A DNA stretch of 64,000 nt, from the NCBI GenBank assembly GCA_039800565.1, contig JBDLQL010000008.1, positions 32,013 through 96,012 on the forward strand. The letters run 5' to 3'. Source of the DNA: Bacteroidota bacterium. Lineage in GTDB: Bacteria; Bacteroidota; Bacteroidia; Flavobacteriales_D; Crocinitomicaceae. Shown here one piece after another: positions 35,702-45,062 of this stretch (position 1 is the first letter of the stretch; each line of letters begins with the position of its first letter). A program made the position numbers and the translations under genes. The notes below the pieces were generated by a model. The model ran no database searches, was not told the origin of the DNA, and saw only the letters and a list, made by a program, of their open reading frames with translations.

Positions 35702-38154
35702 AAATTCCATTTCATATTGCGGTCATCAAGAATGGCAAAAGATACTTTGTAATGGAAGGTGGGGTTGATGTGATTTCCATCCGAAACCACCCCATAAATG
35801 CCAATCCGTAAGCGGCGACGGTTCATTTTGAAATTGCGCTCGAGTCCGGCCAAGGCTTCGTAATGCTGCCAGTTATATTGCTTCACATACATGCCGCCAA
35901 TACCAACAACCATTCCGATACGCGTTTTTTTGAAATACGGAATTTTATTGAGGATGGCTCCGTTGTCATGGTGTAGGTAATGGGCCTGAAAAATATAATC
36001 GATAGTCGGAAGGGTGGTGTCAAGCCCCTGAAACGAATACAATGGGTTTGAAAACCAAATTGGGTCACTGCGTCGTTGGTATTTAAAATCAGGATCGTGC
36101 AAATTTTGAGCACTCAGAAATTTACCAACCGAAAGGCGGTAACTTGAGGTGCCTATGGTGCCTATTTTCAGGTTTTGTTGCACATCGACTTGTAAATAGG
36201 TATGATTCACTTCGCTTCCAAATAATGTTGGGATGCCACGTTCATAAAACACACTAAATGTTGGGAACGCGGAACCTAACACAACTTTTCGGTGGGGTTC
36301 TCGCATGTAGCGCTGCTTTGGAGTGTAGTTAATCCCGAGATTAAAAATACTTCCGTCATAGGGCTGAAATGCCAACGGATCATCATTGGGAATGAGTTGA
36401 TCGATCCCATTTAAAAACTGGTAACCTTCTAAACTCTTTCGCTTGGTATACCGAAAAGAAGCAGAAGCATAAAAGCCATTAAACAATTCGTATTCTAGTG
36501 CCGTACTGAATGAGGTCGATTCGAAAAAGTTATTGCGTTTGTAGATTTGCGTTATGGCATCATAACCTCGAATGACGTCAAAATCGTGTGATAAATTGGC
36601 CCTTATGAAGCCAAAGTGAAAGGGGTCAAAGCGGTAACGTAAAAAGACATTCCCTTTCCAATCGTGATTGAGTAAGCCATAAGAAATTCGGTTATACGAT
36701 TCCAAACTGCGTTCGTCTTTCCATTTTTTAAAGTAATCTACACTTGGCGTAATGCGGGGACCGGCAATGTACATTGGCTGAATCATGGAGGCTAACGAAC
36801 CAAAACCCCACTGGGTTTTCTGGGCCCGATTTCGGTGGTCTACACCAAACCACAGCACTTTTAACACCGTAATTTTATTAAAGACAGCATCGACACTATC
36901 TAAGTATTCTTTTCGATTTTGATAATCGCGAATCGAGTCTTTGGCGCGTATGTAACGCTGCTCTTCTTCGGTTAAAGCAATCTGTCTTTTTTGACTCCAA
37001 TAGGCGCTGTCGCGTTCGTAGGCATCTTGGCTTGTGACAGCCACTTCGGATGTAAAGTACTTTTTGCCAAAATTGGGCTGAAATGAATAATTGCTGTAAA
37101 TCGCTTCGGTACGGCCTTGACTGACCTCATTTTTGTACTTAACGCCATAGGTCAAGACTTGTTTGGAAAGTACGCACAACGTATCGCCTTGATTGGTGTA
37201 GCTTTGCTCGATCCGAAAATGATCATAGATCAGCAAATTACCTTTGTTCATGGTGAGGTCCAATTTTTGGATAAGCCATAACGAATCAATGATCCAGATG
37301 TAGCCTTCTAGGGTAGAGGTGGCGGTATTACGTGGTGTGATTTTGATTTTTGAAATCGTATGCCCATTTTCTTCGAATTTTTCTTCAAGTCGGTATTTGT
37401 AGGCCACAATTCCGGGGCCTGATATTGGGGAGCATACCGGTGTCTGATGCAGGTCGTCGAGGTGGATTAAATTCTCGAAAAAATTAAAATTAGACTTGAT
37501 AGTTGTGGTGTAATACAATTGCGAAATGTCGCCATGGGCTGAATAGGCGTGCCGGATTTCTTTGACCTGATTTCCGGGGGCATAGTTGCGCTCGAGCTGA
37601 ACTTCAACCATATTCATGCGGTCAAGCCATTCAGGTACTGCAGCCTGACTTTCTAAAGGATCGGATTCGGTGGTTTTGACTTCCGCTGCATTTTTTAGGG
37701 TCACTTCGCGCTGTTCGCTTGCTTTGATATACACATCCGTTGTATGTGAATAATTCCATTGATTGATCTGTTCGCGCTTTTCAACCACTTTCATGATTTT
37801 ATCACGCCCAACATTCGTTTTCTTCGCAACAACCGTGATGTCATTCATCTCACTGACTTTCATCGGAAAGAGTTGGATGTCACGACGCTGCTCATTATCG
37901 GCCATCCCTAAGTAACTTTCGCGCTCTTGATAGCCGGGTGCTGTAAAAATTAAATAGTATTCGCCAGGCATGAGCTGCATCTCGTAATGGCCATTTTGAT
38001 CGGCAACGGTGCGTTGTTCGCTCGCGTTTTTGACAAAGACTTCAGCACCAGCAAGTGCAATGCCACTTTCATTGGTGATTTGACCTTGCAACAGCCGCTG
38101 TCCGAAGAGGGAACTGCTAATGAGAAACAGGAATATAAAAAATGTATATTTCAC
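35698..38154 (-). CDS. Carboxypeptidase-regulatory-like domain + DUF5686-type large outer-membrane protein
   Basis: 818 aa. Signal peptide; LQGQITNESGIALAGAEVFVKN...NGHYEMQLMPGEYYLIF (CarboxypepD_reg). Long beta-rich remainder. Confidence 0.7.
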   Translation of the reverse strand: MKYTFFIFLFLISSSLFGQRLLQGQITNESGIALAGAEVFVKNASEQRTVADQNGHYEMQLMPGEYYLIFTAPGYQERESYLGMADNEQRRDIQLFPMKVSEMNDITVVAKKTNVGRDKIMKVVEKREQINQWNYSHTTDVYIKASEQREVTLKNAAEVKTTESDPLESQAAVPEWLDRMNMVEVQLERNYAPGNQVKEIRHAYSAHGDISQLYYTTTIKSNFNFFENLIHLDDLHQTPVCSPISGPGIVAYKYRLEEKFEENGHTISKIKITPRNTATSTLEGYIWIIDSLWLIQKLDLTMNKGNLLIYDHFRIEQSYTNQGDTLCVLSKQVLTYGVKYKNEVSQGRTEAIYSNYSFQPNFGKKYFTSEVAVTSQDAYERDSAYWSQKRQIALTEEEQRYIRAKDSIRDYQNRKEYLDSVDAVFNKITVLKVLWFGVDHRNRAQKTQWGFGSLASMIQPMYIAGPRITPSVDYFKKWKDERSLESYNRISYGLLNHDWKGNVFLRYRFDPFHFGFIRANLSHDFDVIRGYDAITQIYKRNNFFESTSFSTALEYELFNGFYASASFRYTKRKSLEGYQFLNGIDQLIPNDDPLAFQPYDGSIFNLGINYTPKQRYMREPHRKVVLGSAFPTFSVFYERGIPTLFGSEVNHTYLQVDVQQNLKIGTIGTSSYRLSVGKFLSAQNLHDPDFKYQRRSDPIWFSNPLYSFQGLDTTLPTIDYIFQAHYLHHDNGAILNKIPYFKKTRIGMVVGIGGMYVKQYNWQHYEALAGLERNFKMNRRRLRIGIYGVVSDGNHINPTFHYKVSFAILDDRNMKWNF

Positions 38155-38184
38155 ACTTATTTAGAGCGAATTCCACTAAAATTG

Positions 38185-38430
38185 TTACTGTTCGTTTTGC
38201 GCTTTTTTAGCATTCATCTCTTCTAAATGCCCGTGCATGCGTTTGCTCATCCAGCGCTTCAGAAAATAAGTACCAAGTGCAACTACAGGCACCACAAAAT
38301 AGGCGACCCAAGTTTCTGGCCCTTCGACCACGCATTTGTAACAAATGATCAGGGTGCTTACGGCGGCAATTAATAACCAAAAATAACCTGTGAGTTGATT
38401 GTAGCGAGCAATAAAATCTTGACGTGCCAT
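38185..38430 (-). CDS. Small two-helix membrane protein, hypothetical
   Basis: 81 aa with two hydrophobic helices and a basic C-terminal tail. Packed between the LptC-like and DUF5686 genes. Confidence 0.5.
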   Translation of the reverse strand: MARQDFIARYNQLTGYFWLLIAAVSTLIICYKCVVEGPETWVAYFVVPVVALGTYFLKRWMSKRMHGHLEEMNAKKAQNEQ

Positions 38431-38433
38431 GTG

Positions 38434-38985
38434 TTAGTGAATTTCTTGTTGTTTATCGAGTTGCCAACTTCCGACCGGTCGGATCAGTTCGTATCGGCTA
38501 AAGTCTTGTTTGGTTTTAATCCCTTCCCCAAAAATACGGCCTTTTGGAGAGCGTACAATCACCGATGATTTTGAGAAAATTGAACTGTCGCGTTGATTCC
38601 AAAATAGGGCCTCAGTTTCGAGTGTCTGCTTCTTTGTAAAATTATATAAACGGACGGAGTCACGAACCATCAGTTCGCCTTTTGAGTAATTTATTTCACC
38701 ATATAAGGCACTTAGCGTCGAGACGATATTTCCTGTTGCATCGAAAAAATTGACACGCAAGCTGTCTTTTATTTTTGTCAGTTCTTCTTTGCCACGATAG
38801 GTTTCAGCTATTGCTGCGTGAATTTCGACCCGCGCATACGATGAATCGGCATAGAGCAATACCAAATTTTTAGTGGTTTCGTCAGGGGCATTGGTGTCAA
38901 AAGAAATGCGTTGAACTTGTTCCATGTCGTTTTCGCAAGCAGACAAGAAGAAGGCGAAAAATCCGAAAAGCAAAATGCCGCGCAT
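38434..38985 (-). CDS. LptC-like periplasmic lipoprotein (tentative)
   Basis: I prefer the start MRGILLFGFFAFFLSAC (lipobox) at 38985. The size, beta-rich sequence and the coaX-OMP-lptC gene order common in Bacteroidota suggest LptC. There is no decisive motif. Confidence 0.45.
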   Translation of the reverse strand: MRGILLFGFFAFFLSACENDMEQVQRISFDTNAPDETTKNLVLLYADSSYARVEIHAAIAETYRGKEELTKIKDSLRVNFFDATGNIVSTLSALYGEINYSKGELMVRDSVRLYNFTKKQTLETEALFWNQRDSSIFSKSSVIVRSPKGRIFGEGIKTKQDFSRYELIRPVGSWQLDKQQEIH

Positions 38986-38987
38986 GC

Positions 38988-40325
38988 TTAATCGAGCTGT
39001 CGTTTTCGAAACCACTTATCAAAGTTCGAAGGTGCCATGATAAGGCTTGCACGAAAACCAATGAAATTTTCGGACCAATTTATTTGATCGACGCTTCGCT
39101 TTCCGAATGTAAAGCCAAAATTGATATTCGATAATGATTGTTGAGCCAAAAGCGGTAAGCCAAACCCAAACGTGATGCCTTGTTCGGCATATTGGTGGCC
39201 GTTGCTCATATATGGAAGTGTTTGTTGGTAATACCCCAAACGGTAACTTAATTTTTCGAACCCTTTTAATGTGGCTATGTTTTCCAAGACATTGCGTTCG
39301 GACTGAAATTGAACGCCAACACTAATGCGGCTATAGGCCGACTGGTTAAACGCAAAAACAAGTGCGCTGTCTTGGGTCAGGGCCCCGTATTGGCTATACG
39401 AGCCATAAAATTTTAAAACTGGATGCAATTCGCGGGTTTGTCGCTTATAAGTGGGTAAAAATTGGGTGTAAGCAAGACCTAATTGCAAACTTGATTGCAT
39501 GCGGGCATGAAGTTGAGCCGCTGTATTGACCAAGGTATCGTAGGTTGAAGGGGTTCCGATGGTGGCAGAACTAAATAATTCATGTGAATAGGCGGCTGAT
39601 AAACCCAAATTGGGTTGGTATACTGCAGCCAAGCGGAGGTTTTGATTTTTGCCTAATTGTTGCTGAAAATAAGTGCCAAATTCGGTGTAAAAAGATTTCA
39701 TGACCAACGCGTTGCGCTCAATGCCACCAGCAGCACTGGCACCGTGCAAAAGCTGTGATTTGCGTTCGTTATAAAGTGAACCAAATAAATACGAGGCATT
39801 GGCCCCGACAGCCCATTTGGTGTTTTTACGTTCGAGGATCCCGAAAGAATACCCCAAAAATAAATCTTGAATGGCCCCTTTTCCGGTATAATTGTATTGA
39901 ATGGAGTCGAGTCCTGTAAATACTTTTTCAGAAATATGATAGCCTCTTGAACTAAACGGACGCAATCCGAAAGCCATTCCCATATTGCGTTTGATCTTGA
40001 AGCCCAACGTAAATTGTTCGACCATCGGAGTGGCGTAAAATTGCGTTTGTGCGCCATTCGAATACCACGATTGTCGGGATTGTAACGTGACAGAATAAAG
40101 AGTGGAACCTTTGCTGAGTCTGTTGTAGCTTGCAGGATTGTAGGTGTTCACTAGGGTTGAATCAAACACGTTAATGCAATTTTTACCGAGTGCATCAAAA
40201 ACGCCATGCCCTTTTGCGCTCATTTCACCTAAACCGTAGAAACTTGCGGGTTCGGCAGTAATCGATTGTGCTAAAACAAGGCCTCTGAGCGCCAAAACGC
40301 TGATAAAAATGAGTAGTTTATTCAT
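38988..40325 (-). CDS. Hypothetical outer-membrane beta-barrel protein
   Basis: I prefer the start MNKLLIFISVLALRGLVLAQ at 40325. The C-terminal F/W-rich strands (...GFRASLIMAP) are typical of a beta-barrel. Confidence 0.6.
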   Translation of the reverse strand: MNKLLIFISVLALRGLVLAQSITAEPASFYGLGEMSAKGHGVFDALGKNCINVFDSTLVNTYNPASYNRLSKGSTLYSVTLQSRQSWYSNGAQTQFYATPMVEQFTLGFKIKRNMGMAFGLRPFSSRGYHISEKVFTGLDSIQYNYTGKGAIQDLFLGYSFGILERKNTKWAVGANASYLFGSLYNERKSQLLHGASAAGGIERNALVMKSFYTEFGTYFQQQLGKNQNLRLAAVYQPNLGLSAAYSHELFSSATIGTPSTYDTLVNTAAQLHARMQSSLQLGLAYTQFLPTYKRQTRELHPVLKFYGSYSQYGALTQDSALVFAFNQSAYSRISVGVQFQSERNVLENIATLKGFEKLSYRLGYYQQTLPYMSNGHQYAEQGITFGFGLPLLAQQSLSNINFGFTFGKRSVDQINWSENFIGFRASLIMAPSNFDKWFRKRQLD

Positions 40326-41037
40326 GGAATTGATACAAGGATAACATCCCTTCAAAGGTTAAATTTTCGTTTGCAAAGATGCCATTTTTTTGCCCCAAAT
40401 CAAAATGGCGCACATCGCCTCCTGTCAAGACAATATAGCACTGAGGATAGGCAGTTTGATAAGCAGCAATATAAGCCTCAATTTCTTTTTGCCAGCCGAA
40501 ATAGGCCCCGATTTCAAGGCAAGCCATACTGTTGCGACCAATAAATTCGGTATGATGGTGGAGATTGACTTCCGGTAGTTTTGCGGTAAAAGTAGCCATC
40601 GCTTTTGATCGCATTTGTAGACCAGGGCTTATGGAACCACCTAAATAACGTCCGTTTTCGTCGACAAAATCACATTTGATGCAGGTGCCTAAATCAATGG
40701 CTAAGCGTGGTCTTCCGCTTTCTAGTTGGGCCAATGCTGCTGCATTACACAAGCGATCCAAACCTAATGTATTTGGACTTTCATAGGCCATTTCGAAGGG
40801 TAGTTTTTGAGTGCGCTTCAGTTCAATCATTGTCAAAAAGTGTGGATGAAGAAATTCAAGATCCTTTTCTGAAATAACTGACGAGAAAATAACAGGGATG
40901 TTACCGTCTATGGATTCGGGTGCAAAATCGGCAGTAGAAAATCGTTTAACCCACTGAATGACACCAGCTTCTACGAAGGCTAATTTCAACTGCGTGTTGC
41001 CGGCATCGAGCAGATAAAGTGTTTTGGGCACAATCAT
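40318..41037 (-). CDS. coaX: Type III pantothenate kinase
   Basis: LLDAGNTQLKLA, AIDLGTCIKCD and VLTGGD motifs. The track start is TTG 41043. I prefer ATG 41037 because that TTG is part of a TATTTTTG -7 box. Confidence 0.9.
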   Translation of the reverse strand: MIVPKTLYLLDAGNTQLKLAFVEAGVIQWVKRFSTADFAPESIDGNIPVIFSSVISEKDLEFLHPHFLTMIELKRTQKLPFEMAYESPNTLGLDRLCNAAALAQLESGRPRLAIDLGTCIKCDFVDENGRYLGGSISPGLQMRSKAMATFTAKLPEVNLHHHTEFIGRNSMACLEIGAYFGWQKEIEAYIAAYQTAYPQCYIVLTGGDVRHFDLGQKNGIFANENLTFEGMLSLYQFHE

Positions 41038-41040
41038 ATT

Positions 41041-41048
41041 CAAAAATA
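41041..41048 (-). promoter_or_regulatory. -7 box TATTTTTG abutting the coaX ATG (leaderless candidate)
   Basis: The plus strand reads caaaaata. The motif G at 41041 is 4 nt before ATG 41037. Confidence 0.4.
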
Positions 41049-41104
41049 CGTCACTTTTTTGAACTTTTTTAAGGATTCATTTGCGTAGAACAGTAGAAAA
41101 GTGT

Positions 41105-41112
41105 TAAATTTG
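41105..41112 (+). promoter_or_regulatory. -7 box TAAATTTG for tRNA-Phe
   Basis: The motif G lies 16 nt upstream of tRNA position 1. Confidence 0.5.
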
Positions 41113-41127
41113 CATCCACCAATTGCT

Positions 41128-41200
41128 GGTACCTTAGCTCAGTTGGTAGAGCAAAGGACTGAAAATCCTTGTGTCCCTGGTTCGATTCCTGGAGGTACCA
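41128..41200 (+). tRNA. tRNA-Phe (anticodon GAA)
   Basis: Hand-folded 73-nt cloverleaf. Acceptor GGTACCT/AGGTACC, D arm GCTC-AGTTGGTA-GAGC, anticodon arm AAGGA-CTGAAAA-TCCTT, 5-nt variable loop, T arm CCTGG-TTCGATT-CCTGG (one U-U mismatch), discriminator A. CCA is not encoded. Confidence 0.93.
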
Positions 41201-41203
41201 CAC

Positions 41204-41234
41204 AAAAAGCCCCGATAATTATCGGGGCTTTTTT
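41204..41234. terminator. Bidirectional rho-independent terminator (tRNA-Phe and PKD gene)
   Basis: A5-GCCCCGAT-aatt-ATCGGGGC-T6. It starts 4 nt after the tRNA and ends 3 nt before the stop of the convergent gene. Confidence 0.85.
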
Positions 41235-41236
41235 GT

Positions 41237-44200
41237 TTAATTTCCATCCACCAAATGTATAAAACCTTGCTTGTCTATTTGGGTGCCGCCCAACATTTCG
41301 CCTTTTAGGCGGTAAAAATAGACGCCATCGGTATGGAGCTGGCCGTTAAAATCGATGCCATCCCAAACGGCGACACCTTGTTGGTCAGTTAGTTCCCAGA
41401 TGAGCTGCCCCCAGCGATTCACAATTTGAATGTCATAATGCTTAAATGAGGGATAAGGCAATACCACCACATCGTTAATTCCATCGCCATTTGGTGTAAA
41501 GACATTTGGCACCCAAATGTCAGGGTCTGAAACAAAAATGGTAAGGTAGCTCGTGTCAATACAACCAATGGCATCGGTCACGACCAAACCAATTTCTTGT
41601 GGCCCGCCAACCGAAAAGGCAAGCGATTGATTGGCACTCTGAGCGATGGTAAGTGTGCTGTCTGGAAAAATCCAAGTCCAGGAAACAAGAGGGTTTTGCC
41701 CCACACTTTGATCGCTTAATGTTACCACTTGATTGATATTAGCATAAATCGGATTGGCTCCAATAATGGCGGTTAAACCACTTTGAGTTGCGGTAATGGG
41801 GTTGAGTAAATATAAAATTTGACAACCAGCAGTATCGTATAAGGTGACAGAGGGCGAGTAGGTGCCGGGAGTCGGATACATATAGGTAAAGTTCAGGCTA
41901 TCGGCAATCCAAACGGCATTGCCTAAATTCCAACTGACGCTGTCTACATTTGCAGCATTTAGAATGGTAAACAAGGCACCTTGCGCGCAAATAGAAGCAT
42001 TTTGAATCCAGTTTGGTGTCCCGATAGGGCCTCCAATAGAGACATAATTGCTGACTGTTGTGTCGTCGGTACATCCATACGCATCTGTCACTTGCATATA
42101 CAGGTTAAAAGATCCGTTAGTAACCAGTGTATTATTAGGATCTTGCAAGAACGAGCTGTTTCCATTACCAAATTGCCAAAACCATGCAGCTATTGGGCTA
42201 AGTGCTTGCGATGCATCGGTAAAGTCACAAAACAATGGGGGGCAGCTGTATTGCCCATTCGCATTAATGGCAGCTCCAGAAAAACTATAAGTGGGGATGG
42301 CATGAGGCGTGGACAAATAAACATTAATGTTGCTCGTGTCTTTACAGCCGTTGGCATCACTTACAATGAGTTGCAAGGGATGAACACTTGAAAGTGCGCC
42401 GTTATTGATGGCACCTAACGTAATTACTGAACTGCTGTCTGTGCTTAGTGGCACATTGTCAAAGTGCCAAACGAAGCTGAGTGGATTACTCCCAGACGAT
42501 AAACTTGCAACGATGTTGCTGTCGTTGACACAAAGCACAGTATCGGCAAGAATGAGTGCCGTTGGTTTGGTCAACGTAATACTGACTGTCGCCGGATTGG
42601 AAACGCAGCCGTTGATATCTGTTGCTGTTAGTGTGGCTGTGTAAGCGCCATTTCCTTGAAAAATATGGTTTATGGGCTGATTAATTGAAGTAGTGGTGAT
42701 GCTCGAGTTGTTATCCGAAAAAGTGGTAGTAAACGAGGCTAAAGGTAGCCCATTTGTGATGCTGAAACTTGAATTGGTAAAACTGACAGGGAAAGGCGAG
42801 CAACCCGAATAGACAGGCGCAATAATACTTGCCACCGGTTTATTTGCTACAAAAATTTGTTGGGTACTTGTCGAGGTACAGCCAGCGGTATTGAGAACCA
42901 AGTGGCTGATGTTGTAAAGGCCAGATGCTGGATAAACATAACTTACATTTGGGCCGTTATGAATGCTTTGGTTGTTTCCAAAACTATAATACCAATCATT
43001 GACCGGATGGCCTGACCAAGTTGTACTGTTGTCCGTTAAATTAATGGCATCGCCTTTACAAATCGTATCGTCGGGTAAGATAAATGACGATTGCAATTGC
43101 GAAATGGTGACAGCCAAACTAATGCTATCGGAACATCCGGTGGTATAATTGTGTACCACTTGTTCAATTTGATACGTACCGTAGGCGCCATAAGCATGTG
43201 CGGTGTTACCGCCATTTGGTAAATCGAGTTGGGCGTTCGTGAAATTCGTATTTGGCGAATTGTCGTTCCATTCGTAATGCATGGCCACGCTATCGCTCAG
43301 CTCGCCGTCGAGTGCTGTGTTTTGAAATTGAAAGGTTACCGGAAAACTAGTGGGGTTACATACCAAACTTGTATTCGGATTGAACATGGCAATCGGTGCT
43401 AACACGTAAACGGCCGAGTCAATTTGTGTCGAATCGATGCAACCTCTAAAATTGACATAAAGCGTTATGTCTACATAGCCGGTATCTGATGAAAACTGAA
43501 AGGTGGGATTTTCTTCAGTACTGGTGCCTTGTTCAAAATCCCACAAATAACTGATCTCTGAGCTGTCATAAGGCACAGAAATGTAAAAATTCGAAAAGAA
43601 ATTGACATCGTCGTTTGAACACGTAATTAAGGGATTGTAGGTAAAACTGACCGAGTCAATGGCGCCAACCTGAATGTAATCGGGCTTGATGATGGTATCG
43701 GTACAACCCGAAGCTGTCGTAATAATTAGACTGATGTCATAGGTGCCCACTCCGTAGGTTTGGGCTGGCGGAATATGTCCATTATAAGTTTGCCCATTTC
43801 CAAAATCCCAATGCCACGAAACAATTGGGTTACTTGGTGTAAAAGAAGTATCAATAAAATTGACGGTAAAGGGGGCACAGGCGCCCGTATCTATTGCAAA
43901 AAAACCAGCTTGAATTGGTGTAATATGAATGTAGTCGGTATGTGTATTTGTGCCACTGCAACCAGCGCTTGAGGTGTAGGTAAGTGAGACATCGTAATCG
44001 CCACTTAACGCATATATGTGGGGTGGAGGGGTTGTTCCGGTATAGGTTTGGCCATCGCCGAAAGTCCACACGTAAGTACCAGGTTGCCCCGTAGTATTGG
44101 TAAAAGTGATGCTTCCGGGTGCACAATTCGATAGCGGATTGGCAGTGAAATTAGGCGTAAGGTTGGGCTGTATAATAAGCTGTTGGCTTGTGCTTGCACT

Positions 44201-44977
44201 GCATCCTGAGTTGGTGTTTTGTGAAGTGAGTTGAATGGTATAGGTTCCGGGGGCATTAAAAATCACCGAAGGGTTTTCGGCACTTGAATTTCCGGCACTT
44301 CCAAAGTTCCAAGACCACGAATTGGCCCCCGCCGTTGAATTGTCTTGAAAATTAACAGCCTGGCCAACACAGCCATAGGCAGGTGCTGTAATTCCGGCCT
44401 GAAAATTAGATACAACAATAGCCTGCGTGCTTTGATTGACACAACCCGTTGATGTATTTGTGACAGTTAAGCTTACGTTAAATGTGCCTTGCGTCGAATA
44501 AGTAATGCTTGGCGGTGTATAGAGTGTAGAAGTCTGGCTATTGCCGAAATTCCAAGCCTGACTATAAATGGCACCTTGTGCTGAATTGTTCGTGAAACTG
44601 AGGGTCAGCGGAACCGTGCACCCGAGGCCATTGGCTGTAAAACCTACGTTTGGCAAGGGGTTAACAGTAATGTATGAAGCTTTAATTTCGGCATCGGCAA
44701 CGCCGTTTGCATTAGTCACGACGAGTGTGATCGTAAAGGTGCCCGCCGTAGAAAACGCATGACTTGCGTTGCTTGTTGTGGCTGACGAACCGTCGCCGAA
44801 GTCCCATTGGTAACTACTAATTGCAGGGCCACCATTGGCGCTCGATGTATTGGTGAAATTAACTGCTTGGCCTACACATACCGTTAGGGGATTGGCGCTA
44901 AAATTAGCCACCGGACTTTGGCCCCAATAGAAAAAGGGCAGCCAAAGAGCCATTAAAAAGAGGTAGTACTTTCGCAT
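41237..44977 (-). CDS. PKD-repeat surface protein with T9SS type B (gliding motility-associated) C-terminal sorting domain
   Basis: 1246 aa. Signal peptide; at least 12 PKD-like repeats (ANFS...C.GQAVNFTNTS...WDFGDG...H.Y...G.Y.V.L); C-terminus VPNVFTPNGDGINDVV...DGVYFYRL. Confidence 0.9.
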   Translation of the reverse strand: MRKYYLFLMALWLPFFYWGQSPVANFSANPLTVCVGQAVNFTNTSSANGGPAISSYQWDFGDGSSATTSNASHAFSTAGTFTITLVVTNANGVADAEIKASYITVNPLPNVGFTANGLGCTVPLTLSFTNNSAQGAIYSQAWNFGNSQTSTLYTPPSITYSTQGTFNVSLTVTNTSTGCVNQSTQAIVVSNFQAGITAPAYGCVGQAVNFQDNSTAGANSWSWNFGSAGNSSAENPSVIFNAPGTYTIQLTSQNTNSGCSASTSQQLIIQPNLTPNFTANPLSNCAPGSITFTNTTGQPGTYVWTFGDGQTYTGTTPPPHIYALSGDYDVSLTYTSSAGCSGTNTHTDYIHITPIQAGFFAIDTGACAPFTVNFIDTSFTPSNPIVSWHWDFGNGQTYNGHIPPAQTYGVGTYDISLIITTASGCTDTIIKPDYIQVGAIDSVSFTYNPLITCSNDDVNFFSNFYISVPYDSSEISYLWDFEQGTSTEENPTFQFSSDTGYVDITLYVNFRGCIDSTQIDSAVYVLAPIAMFNPNTSLVCNPTSFPVTFQFQNTALDGELSDSVAMHYEWNDNSPNTNFTNAQLDLPNGGNTAHAYGAYGTYQIEQVVHNYTTGCSDSISLAVTISQLQSSFILPDDTICKGDAINLTDNSTTWSGHPVNDWYYSFGNNQSIHNGPNVSYVYPASGLYNISHLVLNTAGCTSTSTQQIFVANKPVASIIAPVYSGCSPFPVSFTNSSFSITNGLPLASFTTTFSDNNSSITTTSINQPINHIFQGNGAYTATLTATDINGCVSNPATVSITLTKPTALILADTVLCVNDSNIVASLSSGSNPLSFVWHFDNVPLSTDSSSVITLGAINNGALSSVHPLQLIVSDANGCKDTSNINVYLSTPHAIPTYSFSGAAINANGQYSCPPLFCDFTDASQALSPIAAWFWQFGNGNSSFLQDPNNTLVTNGSFNLYMQVTDAYGCTDDTTVSNYVSIGGPIGTPNWIQNASICAQGALFTILNAANVDSVSWNLGNAVWIADSLNFTYMYPTPGTYSPSVTLYDTAGCQILYLLNPITATQSGLTAIIGANPIYANINQVVTLSDQSVGQNPLVSWTWIFPDSTLTIAQSANQSLAFSVGGPQEIGLVVTDAIGCIDTSYLTIFVSDPDIWVPNVFTPNGDGINDVVVLPYPSFKHYDIQIVNRWGQLIWELTDQQGVAVWDGIDFNGQLHTDGVYFYRLKGEMLGGTQIDKQGFIHLVDGN

Positions 44978-45062
44978 AGGTTGCGCTTGTTAACGTAAAA
45001 CGAAGCGTTTTAGTTGCTTGAGTAGGCATATTTACAGTAGTTTTATGGAAATTAATGGGGGT

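Noticed and set aside
41128-41235. tRNA-Phe as an integration hotspot marking a genomic island (PKD, PhoD and transferase genes to the right)
   Set aside because: I saw no integrase, excisionase or transposase and no direct repeat of the tRNA 3-prime end. The flanking genes carry the same promoter and terminator style as the rest of the window.
41981-44256. Multiple 60-136-aa ORFs on both strands inside the PKD-repeat gene; DNA-level repeats checked for CRISPR-like structure
   Set aside because: They are nested in a continuous 1246-aa ORF. The repetitiveness is degenerate protein-domain (PKD) repetition. It is not a pattern of identical short direct repeats with unique spacers.
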